Assembly (NCBI GenBank): GCA_965372715.1
Contig: CBDVDH010000015.1
Coordinates: 2,779 to 66,778 of the forward strand
Direction: 5' to 3'
From: an uncultured bacterium
GTDB taxonomy: Bacteria; B130-G9
Length of the DNA stretch: 64,000 bases
Below the pieces are notes generated by a model. The model was not told the origin of the DNA. It worked only from the letters and a program-made list of their open reading frames with translations, and ran no database searches. How positions within the stretch are numbered: the stretch's first letter is position 1; the number at the start of each line of letters is the position of its first letter. Below are positions 10,491-20,746 of the stretch, in pieces. A program made the position numbers and the translations under genes.

Positions 10491-11936
10491 TCATACGATC
10501 CGAAAATAATCCACCAGGGTGCAGCGGCGGCGGCGCGTGAAGCAGCGGGCAGTCGTGATGCCCTCGCCGGTGGGGCCGGCGATTGTGTATGACGTGTGGC
10601 CTTCGCCTCCAAAGCCCAAGCCCGCGTAAGAGGGGCCATTCTTCACGAATATGCTCGTGTTTATACGGTAAGCCATCTTGCTCAGGTTCGCGATGTTCCG
10701 GGAGAACATCATCGCCGTATGGGAGCATTGCTGCTCAGCGATATATGCCCACTCGATCGCCTCATCCGCGTCCCGCGTTCTGACAATTGGGACGAGCGGC
10801 ATCAGCATCTCGCGCATCACGAGCGGATGGCGCAGATCGGTCTCGACAATCAACAGCCGTTTCCCCGCCGGAAGCGACAGCCCCGCAGCCTCCATTATCT
10901 TGGCCGCAGACCTTCCCACGAGGCGCCGATTGACCGTGAGCTCGTCGGCCTGCTTCTTCGGCTCGAAGTCGGTATAGACGACCTTTAGGACGGCCGCGAG
11001 CTCATCGGGCGAAAGCTCGTAGGCGCCATTTGCGATCATACCTCGCTTGAGCTCGTCCGCGACCTTCTCGACAACGAATATCTCCTTCTCGGCCACGCAA
11101 AGCACGTTGTGGTCGAAGCTCGCGCCGTTGACGATCTCTTTGGACGCAAGCTCGAGGTCGGCTGTCTCATCGACCACGACGGGCGGATTACCGGGCCCCG
11201 CCGCGATGACCTTTTTGCCCGACGCCATCGCCGTCTTCACGACCGCCGGGCCACCGGTTACGACCAAAAGACCGACGTCGGGATGACGCATCAGCTCCTG
11301 ACCTGTCTCGATCGTCGGGTCCGCGAGGCAGCAGGCGACATTTCGCGGGCCACCGGCCGACACGACCGCCTCGTCGATCAGCTCGACCGCCCTTCCGCTG
11401 ACTCGCTTGGCCCCGGGGTGAGCGTTGAACACGACGGCGTTGCCCGCGGCTATCATCCCGATGGCGTTATTGATGACGGTCTCGGACGGATTCGTCGAGG
11501 GCGTGATGGAGCAGATGACGCCGAACGGCGCGAGCTCCTCGATGACGAGGCCGCGGTCGCCGGAGAACGCCGTGGTCTCAAGGTCCTCGACGCCGGGCGT
11601 CTTCCTGATGGCCAGAAGGTTCTTCTGAACCTTATCCGCCGCGACGCCCATGCCCGTCTCAGAGACTGCAAGCTCCGCCAGCTCGTCCACGTGCTGAGTG
11701 CAAACGGAGCGTATCGCCTCGATCAGCTCCTTCCGCGTCTCAAGCGGCAGCTGAACGAGCTCCCGCTGCGCCTTCGCGGCCGCTGAGACTGCCTCGTTCA
11801 CGGTCGCAAACCCCGGGCCGTCCGCTGACGAACCTGGCGCGAGATCGGCCGCCGGCCTTGCAGCTGATCCGCCTCGCCCAAGCCTCGCCAGCGCCTCTCT
11901 AACAAGCCTCGCAATCCGCTCTTCGTCGATGGTCAC
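10491..11936 (-). CDS. eutE: Acylating aldehyde dehydrogenase, EutE/PduP family, with N-terminal encapsulation-peptide-like helix
   Basis: PFGVICSITPSTNPSET, VVTGGPAVV, AGPGNPPVVVDETAD, SFDHNVLCVAEKE, TIAGPTGEG, RRRRC; N-terminal IDEERIARLVREALARL plus a flexible linker. Confidence 0.88.
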   Translation of the reverse strand: MTIDEERIARLVREALARLGRGGSAARPAADLAPGSSADGPGFATVNEAVSAAAKAQRELVQLPLETRKELIEAIRSVCTQHVDELAELAVSETGMGVAADKVQKNLLAIRKTPGVEDLETTAFSGDRGLVIEELAPFGVICSITPSTNPSETVINNAIGMIAAGNAVVFNAHPGAKRVSGRAVELIDEAVVSAGGPRNVACCLADPTIETGQELMRHPDVGLLVVTGGPAVVKTAMASGKKVIAAGPGNPPVVVDETADLELASKEIVNGASFDHNVLCVAEKEIFVVEKVADELKRGMIANGAYELSPDELAAVLKVVYTDFEPKKQADELTVNRRLVGRSAAKIMEAAGLSLPAGKRLLIVETDLRHPLVMREMLMPLVPIVRTRDADEAIEWAYIAEQQCSHTAMMFSRNIANLSKMAYRINTSIFVKNGPSYAGLGFGGEGHTSYTIAGPTGEGITTARCFTRRRRCTLVDYFRIV

Positions 11937-12076
11937 CGTTCGCTCCCAAGTTCAAAAAACCGTCCAATAGTCTCCCGCAAAGCGCCTGGACTTTCAAGCG
12001 CCGCTGAGTGAATTGAGATGGGCTTGATACAATGGGGGGAATTGGGTCATGATTATCATGGAAGTGAGGTGAGATC

Positions 12077-12310
12077 ATGTCGAGTAAGGTTGAGAAACTA
12101 GCTATTGAGCTTTTAGGCCTCCCCGCGTCGGCGCGTGCGGAGCTTGCCCGAAAGCTCATCGCCAGTTTGGAGGATACGGACGACGGCGACGTTGATGCCC
12201 TTTGGCTTGAGGAGGCTGAGAGGCGGCTTTCGGAAATCCGCGAGGGCAAGGTTCACGGCGAGCCGGCCGAACAGGTACTTAGCCAAATCAGGGGGAAACT
12301 AGAATCCTGA
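12077..12310 (+). CDS. Addiction-module antitoxin component
   Basis: LPASARAELARKLIASL...WLEEAERRLSEIREGKV; lies upstream of a ParE-like gene. Confidence 0.85.
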   Translation: MSSKVEKLAIELLGLPASARAELARKLIASLEDTDDGDVDALWLEEAERRLSEIREGKVHGEPAEQVLSQIRGKLES

Positions 12311-12594
12311 CAGAATTCCATCCTGAAGCAAAGGACGAAATGGCCACGGCTGCCGAGCTCTATGAAGGCCGTGTCCCGGGCCTTGGTCTGGCTTTTCTGT
12401 CCGAACTGGAAGAGGGGATTCGACGTATTTCGCGGGCCCCGAATAGGTGGCCTGTGTTGTCTGGTGCCGTCAGGCGTTATCTCCTTAAACGTTTCCCCTA
12501 TGGCATCCTCTACACTGCCGATGACGGCGGAATACTCATCTTAGCGGTCATGCACCTCCATCGAAGGCCCGGTTATTGGAAAGATCGGATGTAA
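12307..12594 (+). CDS. RelE/ParE family toxin
   Basis: FHPEAKDEM...YEGRVPGLGLAF...RRYLLKRFPYGILY...ILAVMHLHRRPGYW. The conserved FHPEA lies upstream of the first ATG, suggesting a CTG start at 12307 overlapping the antitoxin stop. Confidence 0.85.
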   Translation: MTEFHPEAKDEMATAAELYEGRVPGLGLAFLSELEEGIRRISRAPNRWPVLSGAVRRYLLKRFPYGILYTADDGGILILAVMHLHRRPGYWKDRM

Positions 12595-12767
12595 GGCGGC
12601 ATTGGTTTGGTCAAGTTCGGCCCTGAAGGAGCACAACTTGGGAAACCGTAGATGAAGCCTACGGATCGCAGCTAAGACGGAGAGGAAAGACAATCCCGAG
12701 ACGCACCGAGGAAATGATCCGATGCCGGCCGGAGCCTGGCGTTGAAGGGGCCATTCAGCCTGTACTA

Positions 12768-14702
12768 TTACGGTTTCTTGCTGTGCAGCGTCTCACTAAG
12801 CCGAGCGAGTGCTGCCTGAATCTTGACCATGGGACTCTCCTCGATCCCTGAGAAGAACCGGTAAGCTCTTGAACCCCCTTCTTTTATCCCCTGCTCGATC
12901 GCCATATCAATGGCATCCGGCAAGTTCAAGTGCATTTCAGCCGCGCGAGCGCATTTGCTGATAGGCCAGATTCCACGATTTTCCGAGATGTATATCCTCA
13001 AACGGAGCCAGAACTTGACGAAATGAAAGTGGCCATAAATCTGATCAGGTGTGTCGCCCTTCCGCCAATTCGCGAGGTTTTCCTTCAGCGCAATCTCCAA
13101 AGCGTCTTCCAGAAGAGACGGGCATAATCTTCCATAGCGGCCTTCGCTCCTTAATTCCTGCTCGAAGACGTCACCGAGTAATGAGAAATAACCCTCGACC
13201 AAATCAGGCCCAACTGGAGCCTTTTGTCCTTCCCGATAGAGCACTGATCCTGCATCAATCAGGACGCTCCATGCCTTCGCGCGAATCCACTGTACGTAAT
13301 CTGTGGGCACGATGCCTTCGATTTGCTCACGCGCATCATCTTGTTGTGTCGGGTGGCGCCAATGCTTCAGCATTTCAGTTGGCTCGCTTTGCACATTCCT
13401 GGGTAGAGGCAATTTCGGGCGAATCAAGTCGAGACGCGCCCAAACGTTCATGCTCTTCTCGCGTAGAGCTGTGCTGTAATAACGCGTCAAACTTCTGAAG
13501 AGCATGATAAGATGTTCAATCGGATAAGGCTGTGTACCTCTACCCAATATTGACAAATCCATCGCTTCATCTCGATGGGCACGCTGATCCAAGTCTTGTA
13601 TCGCGGAGGTTATATGATCGCACCATGAGATGAGGGTTCGCCAGAAGTATACCGGTCTTTTTGCCCTACTCCGAAGATAGCTAATCATCCCTACTACGTG
13701 TCCGAAAACCTTCTTATCGTATCCCGCGCAAATGGAGAGCTGACTGTCGTAAACGGCAAGGCCCGGCTCCACCCAGCGCTTGTACATATCCATCCAGCAG
13801 CGCTGAGCATCCTCTTCATTCGCTCTGGGCGTACATAATCGGTCGCAAGTCCGCGCGGCTTGGCCCAGAATCAGCTCCAGACCGCGAGAATATCCCCCGT
13901 ATCGCATCGGATTCATGTCTGCGATAGAATCGGTGCCACCTTGAATAGCGTCGTCATAGATTCTCAGCGAATGGGCCAAGCAAGCGTTGAGGTTCTCATA
14001 AAGGAAGCCAAGTGAGCGGGCATCTTCGATCGTACAGAGTCTCTCCCCTAACTCCGTTAGGATATGAAGCTCATCGAGAATGTCCGAAAGGGAAATCTTG
14101 AGCTCGCGGCCCTTGGCCATTCGCCTCTGAGATTTCATAATCGCCTCGGAGTGAATTCTCAGAATGGTCTCGGGCCTAAGGTATTCCAGAATGCGCCAGA
14201 AGGAGAACACGACCAAGGACAAGACAACGCTACCACTCAACAAAGATGCGATGGTTGCAGCCGGGGCGTATTTGGCAAGGAGAACGCTAGTTGGGGACTT
14301 GGTCGCATCCGCAACGAATGCCAAGAGCACAAGCGAACTGAGAATTGTCGCGGCGCCTATAGCCAGAAGCGCGTGCAAGGCAGGATTACGAGGTATGACG
14401 CTGGCAGCGCCTGGTGTCAACCGGTTAGAAACGACTTGAAATATCACAAACGCAACCGTGAAAGACACCGCCAGCAAGGCTGCGATTGTCTGAGCCAACG
14501 CGCTCAGTAGGTATCTTGCCGACCCGATTAAGAACGGCGGTGAATAGAACTGAGCCAAGAGCACCGCAAGCAAGGGGATTAGAACAAGCGTAGATAGGGC
14601 AAGCCACGCAATAAATCGCCCTGGCCGGTTCAGGGACCCATATTCAAGAAAGAACAGCACCCTTCTGGAATATCGGAGCATGAGGGCAAGCACCAGACAC
14701 AA
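12768..14702 (-). CDS. Hypothetical membrane protein (DUF2254-like N-terminus, helical C-terminus)
   Basis: SARYLLSALAQTIAALLAVSFTVAFVIFQVVSNRLTP and YLRPETIL; long ORF with lower GC than neighbours. Confidence 0.6.
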   Translation of the reverse strand: MCLVLALMLRYSRRVLFFLEYGSLNRPGRFIAWLALSTLVLIPLLAVLLAQFYSPPFLIGSARYLLSALAQTIAALLAVSFTVAFVIFQVVSNRLTPGAASVIPRNPALHALLAIGAATILSSLVLLAFVADATKSPTSVLLAKYAPAATIASLLSGSVVLSLVVFSFWRILEYLRPETILRIHSEAIMKSQRRMAKGRELKISLSDILDELHILTELGERLCTIEDARSLGFLYENLNACLAHSLRIYDDAIQGGTDSIADMNPMRYGGYSRGLELILGQAARTCDRLCTPRANEEDAQRCWMDMYKRWVEPGLAVYDSQLSICAGYDKKVFGHVVGMISYLRSRAKRPVYFWRTLISWCDHITSAIQDLDQRAHRDEAMDLSILGRGTQPYPIEHLIMLFRSLTRYYSTALREKSMNVWARLDLIRPKLPLPRNVQSEPTEMLKHWRHPTQQDDAREQIEGIVPTDYVQWIRAKAWSVLIDAGSVLYREGQKAPVGPDLVEGYFSLLGDVFEQELRSEGRYGRLCPSLLEDALEIALKENLANWRKGDTPDQIYGHFHFVKFWLRLRIYISENRGIWPISKCARAAEMHLNLPDAIDMAIEQGIKEGGSRAYRFFSGIEESPMVKIQAALARLSETLHSKKP

Positions 14703-14820
14703 ACCAAAGCCTACGACAGCACAGATGAACAGAACTAAAGGCCATTTCAGGATCCGACGCAGAGGCGAAGTAGGCTTGTTCAGGCATATACACGTATGGT
14801 TTCATAGCTACGAAAATCCC

Positions 14821-15159
14821 CTAGCACGTGAGATGAAAGCCGGCGGCGACGTTCTTGGTCTGGCAGAGCTCGTTGTAGGTTCTGACAGCCTGCTCAGTGG
14901 GGGCGGCGATGAGGTCGATGTTGTGTGATTCCATGAGCTCTCTGAAGGCCTTGGGGACCTTCATGGCCCCGTAGGCGCCGGCGCCGAGGATGAGGACGTC
15001 GGGCCTCGCGGCGAGGATGTCGGCTACATCCGCCTCGCAAATGCTGTGGCCGTCCTTTCGCCACCAGTCGGGCACGACCCGACCGTCGATTATCTTCAGG
15101 TCGGAGGTGTATTGCTTTCCGTCGATGACGATTGAGCCGAAGCTGTATGATTCTATCAT
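14821..15159 (-). CDS. Mth938-like (DUF498) domain protein
   Basis: MIESYSFGSIVIDGKQYTSD...WWRKDGH...LILGAGAYG...PTEQAVRTYN...GFHLTC. Confidence 0.9.
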   Translation of the reverse strand: MIESYSFGSIVIDGKQYTSDLKIIDGRVVPDWWRKDGHSICEADVADILAARPDVLILGAGAYGAMKVPKAFRELMESHNIDLIAAPTEQAVRTYNELCQTKNVAAGFHLTC

Positions 15160-15331
15160 GATTCCATGTCCCCAGAGTTATCCTTGTTTTTCGCAGGATT
15201 GTATGCGAAACCGGTTACGGCGTCAAGTGCGTAGGGAAGTCTGCGAGGGCAATTGACTTGCCGTCCGTTTGATGTAGGCTTTTTGTCCGCAGATTACGCA
15301 GGTTACACAGATTTGAAGAGGAGAGGATTGG

Positions 15332-16948
15332 GTGCAGGCCGAGGCAGCTGGTACTGGGTGTTCACAATGGCGCGGAGGGGCGAAAGCCCTTGCGGTCGCC
15401 ATATTGGTGCTGGCGGCGGTCGTTCGGCTTTGGGGGCTGGGTGAGCAGAGCATCTGGCAGGACGAGGCTTATTCGGTGGTTCTGGCCCGGCAGGACGTTG
15501 GCGCAATCGTAGAGAGGCAGGTCGAGGACTCCTCGCCGCCGCTTTATTACCTGCTGCTGCACATCTGGATACGGATGTTCGGCGATTCGGAGCTCTGCGC
15601 CCGGCTCTTCTCCGCCTTGTTGGGCATCTGCCTCGTCGCGGCGACGCTGCTGATCGTGTCAAGGCTGTTCCGACCGGCCGTCGGGCTTTGGGCGGGTGCG
15701 ATGCTGGCCGTCGCACCGCTTGCGGTCTATTACTCGCAGGAGGCGCGAATGTATTCGCTGACGCCTCTTCTGGCGATCATCTCAGTGTATCTTTGCCACC
15801 TAATGGCCGAAAGGCCGTCCCCGAAGCGAGTGGCTTGGTTCATCGTCGTCACGGCGGCAATGCTCTACACGCAGAACTACGGCGTTTTTGTCCTGCTGGC
15901 AGAGGGGCTATACGTTTTGGCGAGGCGAAAGGAGAGGCGGGATGCGCGGCCGATGCTCGCGCTGATGGGCGTGGTCGGGGCGTATCTGCCGTGGGTTCTG
16001 GTGTTGAGCCGCCAGGTGGCGCAGAACACGACGCCCTGGATACCGAAACCCCAGGGGCGAATGCTCTTCGAGACGCTCCTGCACCTGACGTTCAAGAGCT
16101 GGCGCCTGCCCACGACCGCGTTCCTAAATGCTCTCTGGGGGATTGGCCTCGTGGCTTTAGCGGCACTCGTCGTCTCGGCAGTGTGGTTGGTCATCCGGGC
16201 GAGGCGCTCGGGGGATGCGTCTAAACAGGAAGCGATCTGGCCGGCGCTTCTTGTATTGTCCTACACGTTCGTGCCCATCGTCTGTGCGTTCATCGCATCA
16301 TACAGCAAGCCGATCTATGTGCCGGGGCGATACGACACAATCGTTCAGCCAGGGCTTTTCATACTCGCTGGTCTTGGCCTTACGGCAATCCGTATGAAAC
16401 CGCTGAGGAAGGCGCTCGGTGTGCTGATGTTCGCAGTGCTCGTTATCTCGCTTCATTCGTATTTCACAACGTATTGGAAGAGCAACGACCGGGAGATTGC
16501 GGACTACGTTGCGCGGAACGCGACAGCGAGCGACATTGTCCTTTTCACCGACCTGACGATCACGCCATTCATATATTACCGTCCAGAGTCGAGCCTCACG
16601 ACGCTTCGGTTCCCGCGAGGGGGACTGGGTTGGACGCCGAAAGGGGCCTTCACGAACGACGTGGCCTTCTTCGAGGACGAATTCAGGCTGATTGTGCAAA
16701 GGATGAGCGCGCTTTGGCCGCAGAAGAGCCGCTTGCTGGTCGTGTTCAAGCCCTCGCCAGTGCTCTATCAACGCCTCAAGTCCCGGCTGCACGAGGAGCG
16801 GTGGCTTCGATTTGAGCGGCGCGTTCCATTCAAGATGGGGCACAACGCCGAGAATCAGGTGAGCGACATCCTGATCTTCAGCATCCTCGAGGCGCCGCCA
16901 GTCTATCCTCGGACAACGAATGACGTCACGGAGACCGAGATGAGATAA
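15332..16948 (+). CDS. GT-C fold glycosyltransferase (PMT/ArnT-like, GT39/GT83)
   Basis: SIWQDEAYS, PPLYYLLLHIW, YYSQEARMYSL and multiple TM helices. Confidence 0.88.
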   Translation: MQAEAAGTGCSQWRGGAKALAVAILVLAAVVRLWGLGEQSIWQDEAYSVVLARQDVGAIVERQVEDSSPPLYYLLLHIWIRMFGDSELCARLFSALLGICLVAATLLIVSRLFRPAVGLWAGAMLAVAPLAVYYSQEARMYSLTPLLAIISVYLCHLMAERPSPKRVAWFIVVTAAMLYTQNYGVFVLLAEGLYVLARRKERRDARPMLALMGVVGAYLPWVLVLSRQVAQNTTPWIPKPQGRMLFETLLHLTFKSWRLPTTAFLNALWGIGLVALAALVVSAVWLVIRARRSGDASKQEAIWPALLVLSYTFVPIVCAFIASYSKPIYVPGRYDTIVQPGLFILAGLGLTAIRMKPLRKALGVLMFAVLVISLHSYFTTYWKSNDREIADYVARNATASDIVLFTDLTITPFIYYRPESSLTTLRFPRGGLGWTPKGAFTNDVAFFEDEFRLIVQRMSALWPQKSRLLVVFKPSPVLYQRLKSRLHEERWLRFERRVPFKMGHNAENQVSDILIFSILEAPPVYPRTTNDVTETEMR

Positions 16949-18552
16949 TCCCTTCCGGAGGCTGTAAGCGCCGCCGCGAACTTGTATTGCCCGGTGGGAG
17001 TTTCAACCGGGACGGTCAGCTCGAATACCGTGGCCGGGCCGAAGGTGAAACCAGCGGGCAGGGCGACGTTGGTGAGCCACGGTCGAGCATCCGCGTCAAA
17101 TCCACCGTTGACCAAATAGGCTACTGCCCCGTCGGGCAATACAAATGCCAAATAGAGATCGGCAGAAAGCTGAAGCCCTGCATTCTGAACAGCTATCGAG
17201 CACTGAATACTGTCACCCGGTGCGAAGCTTCCGCCGTTGAGGTACGACTGAATTGCGAGGTGAACGGGCGCGTAGTGATAGCCGATATCGACTCTATTCA
17301 TGTCCAGGGCTCCGTCGGTTTGGGTCGTGAGACTCGTAAGAAAGAGTATCTTGGGCACTTCGGCGCCGGCGTCTATACAGGGACTGTTCGTGTCCTGACC
17401 GGCGCCCAGGCTCGAGAGATAATGATCGCCGATGGGTCCCTCTACGAAGAGCGGGTCGCCGGATACGTTACCTTCACCGCCGTGAGCCCAGCCACGAATG
17501 CACGAGTAGGAGGGCGTCGAAATGCCGAAGAACTCGTTCCCGTCACCTGGGCTATTACCCCATACGATGCAGTTTGTGATGGACCCGTAACTGCTGCACA
17601 ATCCGGCGCCGAGATCAGCGGAATTGCCACTGATCGTGCAGTTGGTCAGCCCTGCCTCACAGCTATACAGCCCTCCGCCACGTAAGGCGGAGTTGCCCGT
17701 GACGAGGCAGTTAATGATGGCGGCGTAGCAGGAATAAAGCCCGCCACCGCTCTGCTCGGCAACGTTGTCCGCCACGACGCAGCTCGTGATCGTCCCTACA
17801 CAGCCGCAGACGCCGCCTCCGTAATCGGCGGAATTGCCGGCGATGACCGAATCGGTGATTTCCCCATCGCAATAATACACGCCCCCACCGTATTCCGCCG
17901 AGTTGCCGCTGACGGTGCACCCCACGATCTCGCCGTTGCAGCGGAACAGGCCGCCGCCGCGCCCCGCGCGATTGCCCTCGATCACGCAGTCTGCAATCTG
18001 CCCGTGGAAGCCATATATCCCGCCACCATAATACTGCGCCTCGTTGTCGCGGATGTCGCAATCCACGACATCGCCGTTAGAAAGATACATCCCGCCGCCG
18101 TACTTCGCGCAGTTGCCGACGATTGTGCAGTGTTCGACCCGAGCTTGGGTCCGAATGTCAGCGTAGAAGCCCCCAACAATCCCACCGCCATTGACCGACT
18201 CGCCATTCTTGACAGTGAACCCAGCCAACAAGCAGGACTCGTCTTCAGTGCCATCAAACGTAACGACAGTGCCTGCCTTGCCCCCATCAATTATAGTTGA
18301 GGCAACAAAATCGTCGTCACCAGGGTCCAACGATTGAAGGATGATGTTCTTGCCGTTATATCGCAGATTCTCCCGATATGTCCCAGGATGAACCACTATG
18401 ACGTCCTGGTCCACTGCCACGTCAATGGCGTCCTGGATTGAGACAAAATCGGCCGAACCATCGAGATTCACCTGGTATTCCGCCGGGAAGGCCGGAGCGT
18501 CACAAATCGAGATGGCTAGCAGAAGACTGAAAAGCGGAGCCTTGAGGTTCAT
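16903..18552 (-). CDS. Secreted right-handed parallel beta-helix repeat protein with shared C-terminal domain
   Basis: Signal peptide, SIQDAID...VHPGTYREN, about 9 repeats of GNSAxxGGGxxxCxGxIxxCxI, SPCIDAG, C-terminal ~115-aa domain. Confidence 0.85.
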   Translation of the reverse strand: MNLKAPLFSLLLAISICDAPAFPAEYQVNLDGSADFVSIQDAIDVAVDQDVIVVHPGTYRENLRYNGKNIILQSLDPGDDDFVASTIIDGGKAGTVVTFDGTEDESCLLAGFTVKNGESVNGGGIVGGFYADIRTQARVEHCTIVGNCAKYGGGMYLSNGDVVDCDIRDNEAQYYGGGIYGFHGQIADCVIEGNRAGRGGGLFRCNGEIVGCTVSGNSAEYGGGVYYCDGEITDSVIAGNSADYGGGVCGCVGTITSCVVADNVAEQSGGGLYSCYAAIINCLVTGNSALRGGGLYSCEAGLTNCTISGNSADLGAGLCSSYGSITNCIVWGNSPGDGNEFFGISTPSYSCIRGWAHGGEGNVSGDPLFVEGPIGDHYLSSLGAGQDTNSPCIDAGAEVPKILFLTSLTTQTDGALDMNRVDIGYHYAPVHLAIQSYLNGGSFAPGDSIQCSIAVQNAGLQLSADLYLAFVLPDGAVAYLVNGGFDADARPWLTNVALPAGFTFGPATVFELTVPVETPTGQYKFAAALTASGRDYLISVSVTSFVVRG

Positions 18553-18699
18553 TTTGTCTCCATCGATAGCTATAACAGCTTCATCCTAGCCCAGTGTGCG
18601 CTAGTCTGGCGGCAATGCCAAAGGATTCTCTTCCAAGTCTCTTCTCTTATTGGTAAGAATACCTCGGATCGTGCTTGACCTTCGATACCTACATCGTGC

Positions 18700-20742
18700 A
18701 TGATCATAATGTATCCTAATCCGGAGGGTAATTGTATGACCCGTGCTCGGCACGTAGAATGCCTAACACTTGTAGCTGTTGGTTTGTGCTTCTGTTGCCT
18801 AACCGCTCTGGTTGGTGCACAGCCATCTTTGGATGCTAGCGGCTTCTCGATCAGGTTCTTCGCCGAGAAGGTCCACTACATCACCTGGGATCGGTTGAGG
18901 CTCTACGTGGAGATTTGCCCGCCTCAGGAGGATGTTGCCGTCGATGTGTATCTTGGTCTGGGCCTGCCGGACGGGAGGTTATACTGCTTGCTTCCGGACT
19001 TGTCATTCTCGGGCCTGATGATCGAAAAAGGCAGCCTGGTCGAGGCCAGCTGGATGGGTTCCCCCTCTCCGGTTTCCGCAGCGAGAGGCTTTCATATCAA
19101 GCGGAATGGTATGGTTCCTAAGACACTTGTCTTTAGGGCCATTCTTAGGCACGATCTGAGCCTGCCTGAAGGTGAGTATTGGCTATGGGGAATGCTGACT
19201 CCTGCTGACACTCTCCAGCCCATCACGTTCAGCGCCGAATCGTTCACTTTTGACCCGCAGCACTGCACCATCTCCGGTCAGATATCCGATGAGAACGGGC
19301 CCGCCTCGTCCGCGACGGTAAAGGTGCGCGCCTCGTCAAATGAGGTTCTGAGCGATAGAGATGGTAGATTCGTTCTTGAGGGTGTTCCATGCGACGTGCG
19401 ACTCGACGTCTCCGGCTGGAAATACGAGTATTATTGCACCGCTGCGCAGGTTCTCACGCCAACCACTAGCGTCGTGCTAAAGCTAGACCCGATAACCCCG
19501 GTTGATAACGAGGAATATGAATGGGTGCCTCCTATACCGTCCGTATCCGACCACCAATTCAACTGCATGAAATGCCTTACCCCGGCGTTTGAGCAGTGGT
19601 CCGCCAATTTCCACGCTCGCTCCGCCAGCAATGAGATATTCCAGACGCTTTACACCGGGGCCGACGTTGACGGGAACCCTGGCGTTGGGCTTGGCTACAA
19701 GCTCGATTTTCCAGAGACGGCAGGCAGCTGCGCGCTTTGCCACGCTCCCTCAGAGGCGCTCAAATCGCCATACGATTCGGATATGGCTAATCTCAGTCTG
19801 CTGGGTCAGCAAGGCGTCTTCTGTGATTTCTGCCATAAGATCATCGACGTTGACCTGTCTAACCTGGGCACGGTCTATGGCATTAACGCAATTGAATTGC
19901 GCCGTCCGTTCGCTGACCGCTGGATTGTGCTGGGACCAATCAAAGATGCCGGGCGCATAAGCACCTTCCTGCCCCTGATGAAGAAAAGCGAGATATGCGC
20001 TCCGTGCCACGCCTGTGATTTCTGGGGCGTGCCGACCTATACTTCATATCCTGAATGGGAAGCCAGCGAATACAAGGAAATGGGCATACAGTGCCAGGCG
20101 TGCCACTACAGGCCGGACGGGATCACCAAGAACTTCGCTCCTCTCAGCCACGCGCAGGAACGTGACCCGGACACCATCCCTTCTCATCTCATCATGGGCG
20201 AGGACAACATCTCGTTGCACTACGAATCCGCGATACTATCAATTGCGGCCTTAAAGGAACCGGATGATCGCCTTGTGACGACAGTCGAAGTGTTCAACGC
20301 CTTTGCAGGACATCATCTTCCTACCGGCAGGCCGATACGCAACATCATACTACTTGTCAACGCCTTCGATCGCGATGGCAACGAGCTCGAGTTCGTCGGG
20401 GAGCAAGTTGTGCCGATATACGGCGGCACGGGCGGCGGGCCACGGGACTTCGCCGGGCGCCCGGGGAAAATGTTCGCCAAGATACTGGTTGACCAGCTTG
20501 GCAATCACCCCGCCCCGTCGTGGCGGCAGACGATGATCCTGTCCGACACCCGCATCCCCGCGCTTCAATCCGATTTTTCAACCTACGAATTCCGCTTGCC
20601 AGTGGCTGCAAACACCGCGACGGTCGATGCGCGGCTCGTTTATCGGAAGATCTTCAAGGATATGGCCGATGAGAAAGGCTTGCAGCTCGAAGACATCTTG
20701 ATGACAACTGAGAACGAGTCATTCCATTTCGGGGGAGATTGA
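18700..20742 (+). CDS. Secreted multiheme c-type cytochrome with carboxypeptidase-regulatory-like domain
   Basis: CALCH, CDFCH, CAPCH, CQACH plus a variant CMKCL; AGHHLPTG and DTRIP motifs; signal peptide. Confidence 0.85.
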   Translation: MIIMYPNPEGNCMTRARHVECLTLVAVGLCFCCLTALVGAQPSLDASGFSIRFFAEKVHYITWDRLRLYVEICPPQEDVAVDVYLGLGLPDGRLYCLLPDLSFSGLMIEKGSLVEASWMGSPSPVSAARGFHIKRNGMVPKTLVFRAILRHDLSLPEGEYWLWGMLTPADTLQPITFSAESFTFDPQHCTISGQISDENGPASSATVKVRASSNEVLSDRDGRFVLEGVPCDVRLDVSGWKYEYYCTAAQVLTPTTSVVLKLDPITPVDNEEYEWVPPIPSVSDHQFNCMKCLTPAFEQWSANFHARSASNEIFQTLYTGADVDGNPGVGLGYKLDFPETAGSCALCHAPSEALKSPYDSDMANLSLLGQQGVFCDFCHKIIDVDLSNLGTVYGINAIELRRPFADRWIVLGPIKDAGRISTFLPLMKKSEICAPCHACDFWGVPTYTSYPEWEASEYKEMGIQCQACHYRPDGITKNFAPLSHAQERDPDTIPSHLIMGEDNISLHYESAILSIAALKEPDDRLVTTVEVFNAFAGHHLPTGRPIRNIILLVNAFDRDGNELEFVGEQVVPIYGGTGGGPRDFAGRPGKMFAKILVDQLGNHPAPSWRQTMILSDTRIPALQSDFSTYEFRLPVAANTATVDARLVYRKIFKDMADEKGLQLEDILMTTENESFHFGGD

Positions 20743-20746
20743 CAAC

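Noticed and set aside
17640-18150. Periodic DNA repeats
   Set aside because: They are coding repeats of the beta-helix protein (GNSAxxGGG), not a separate element.
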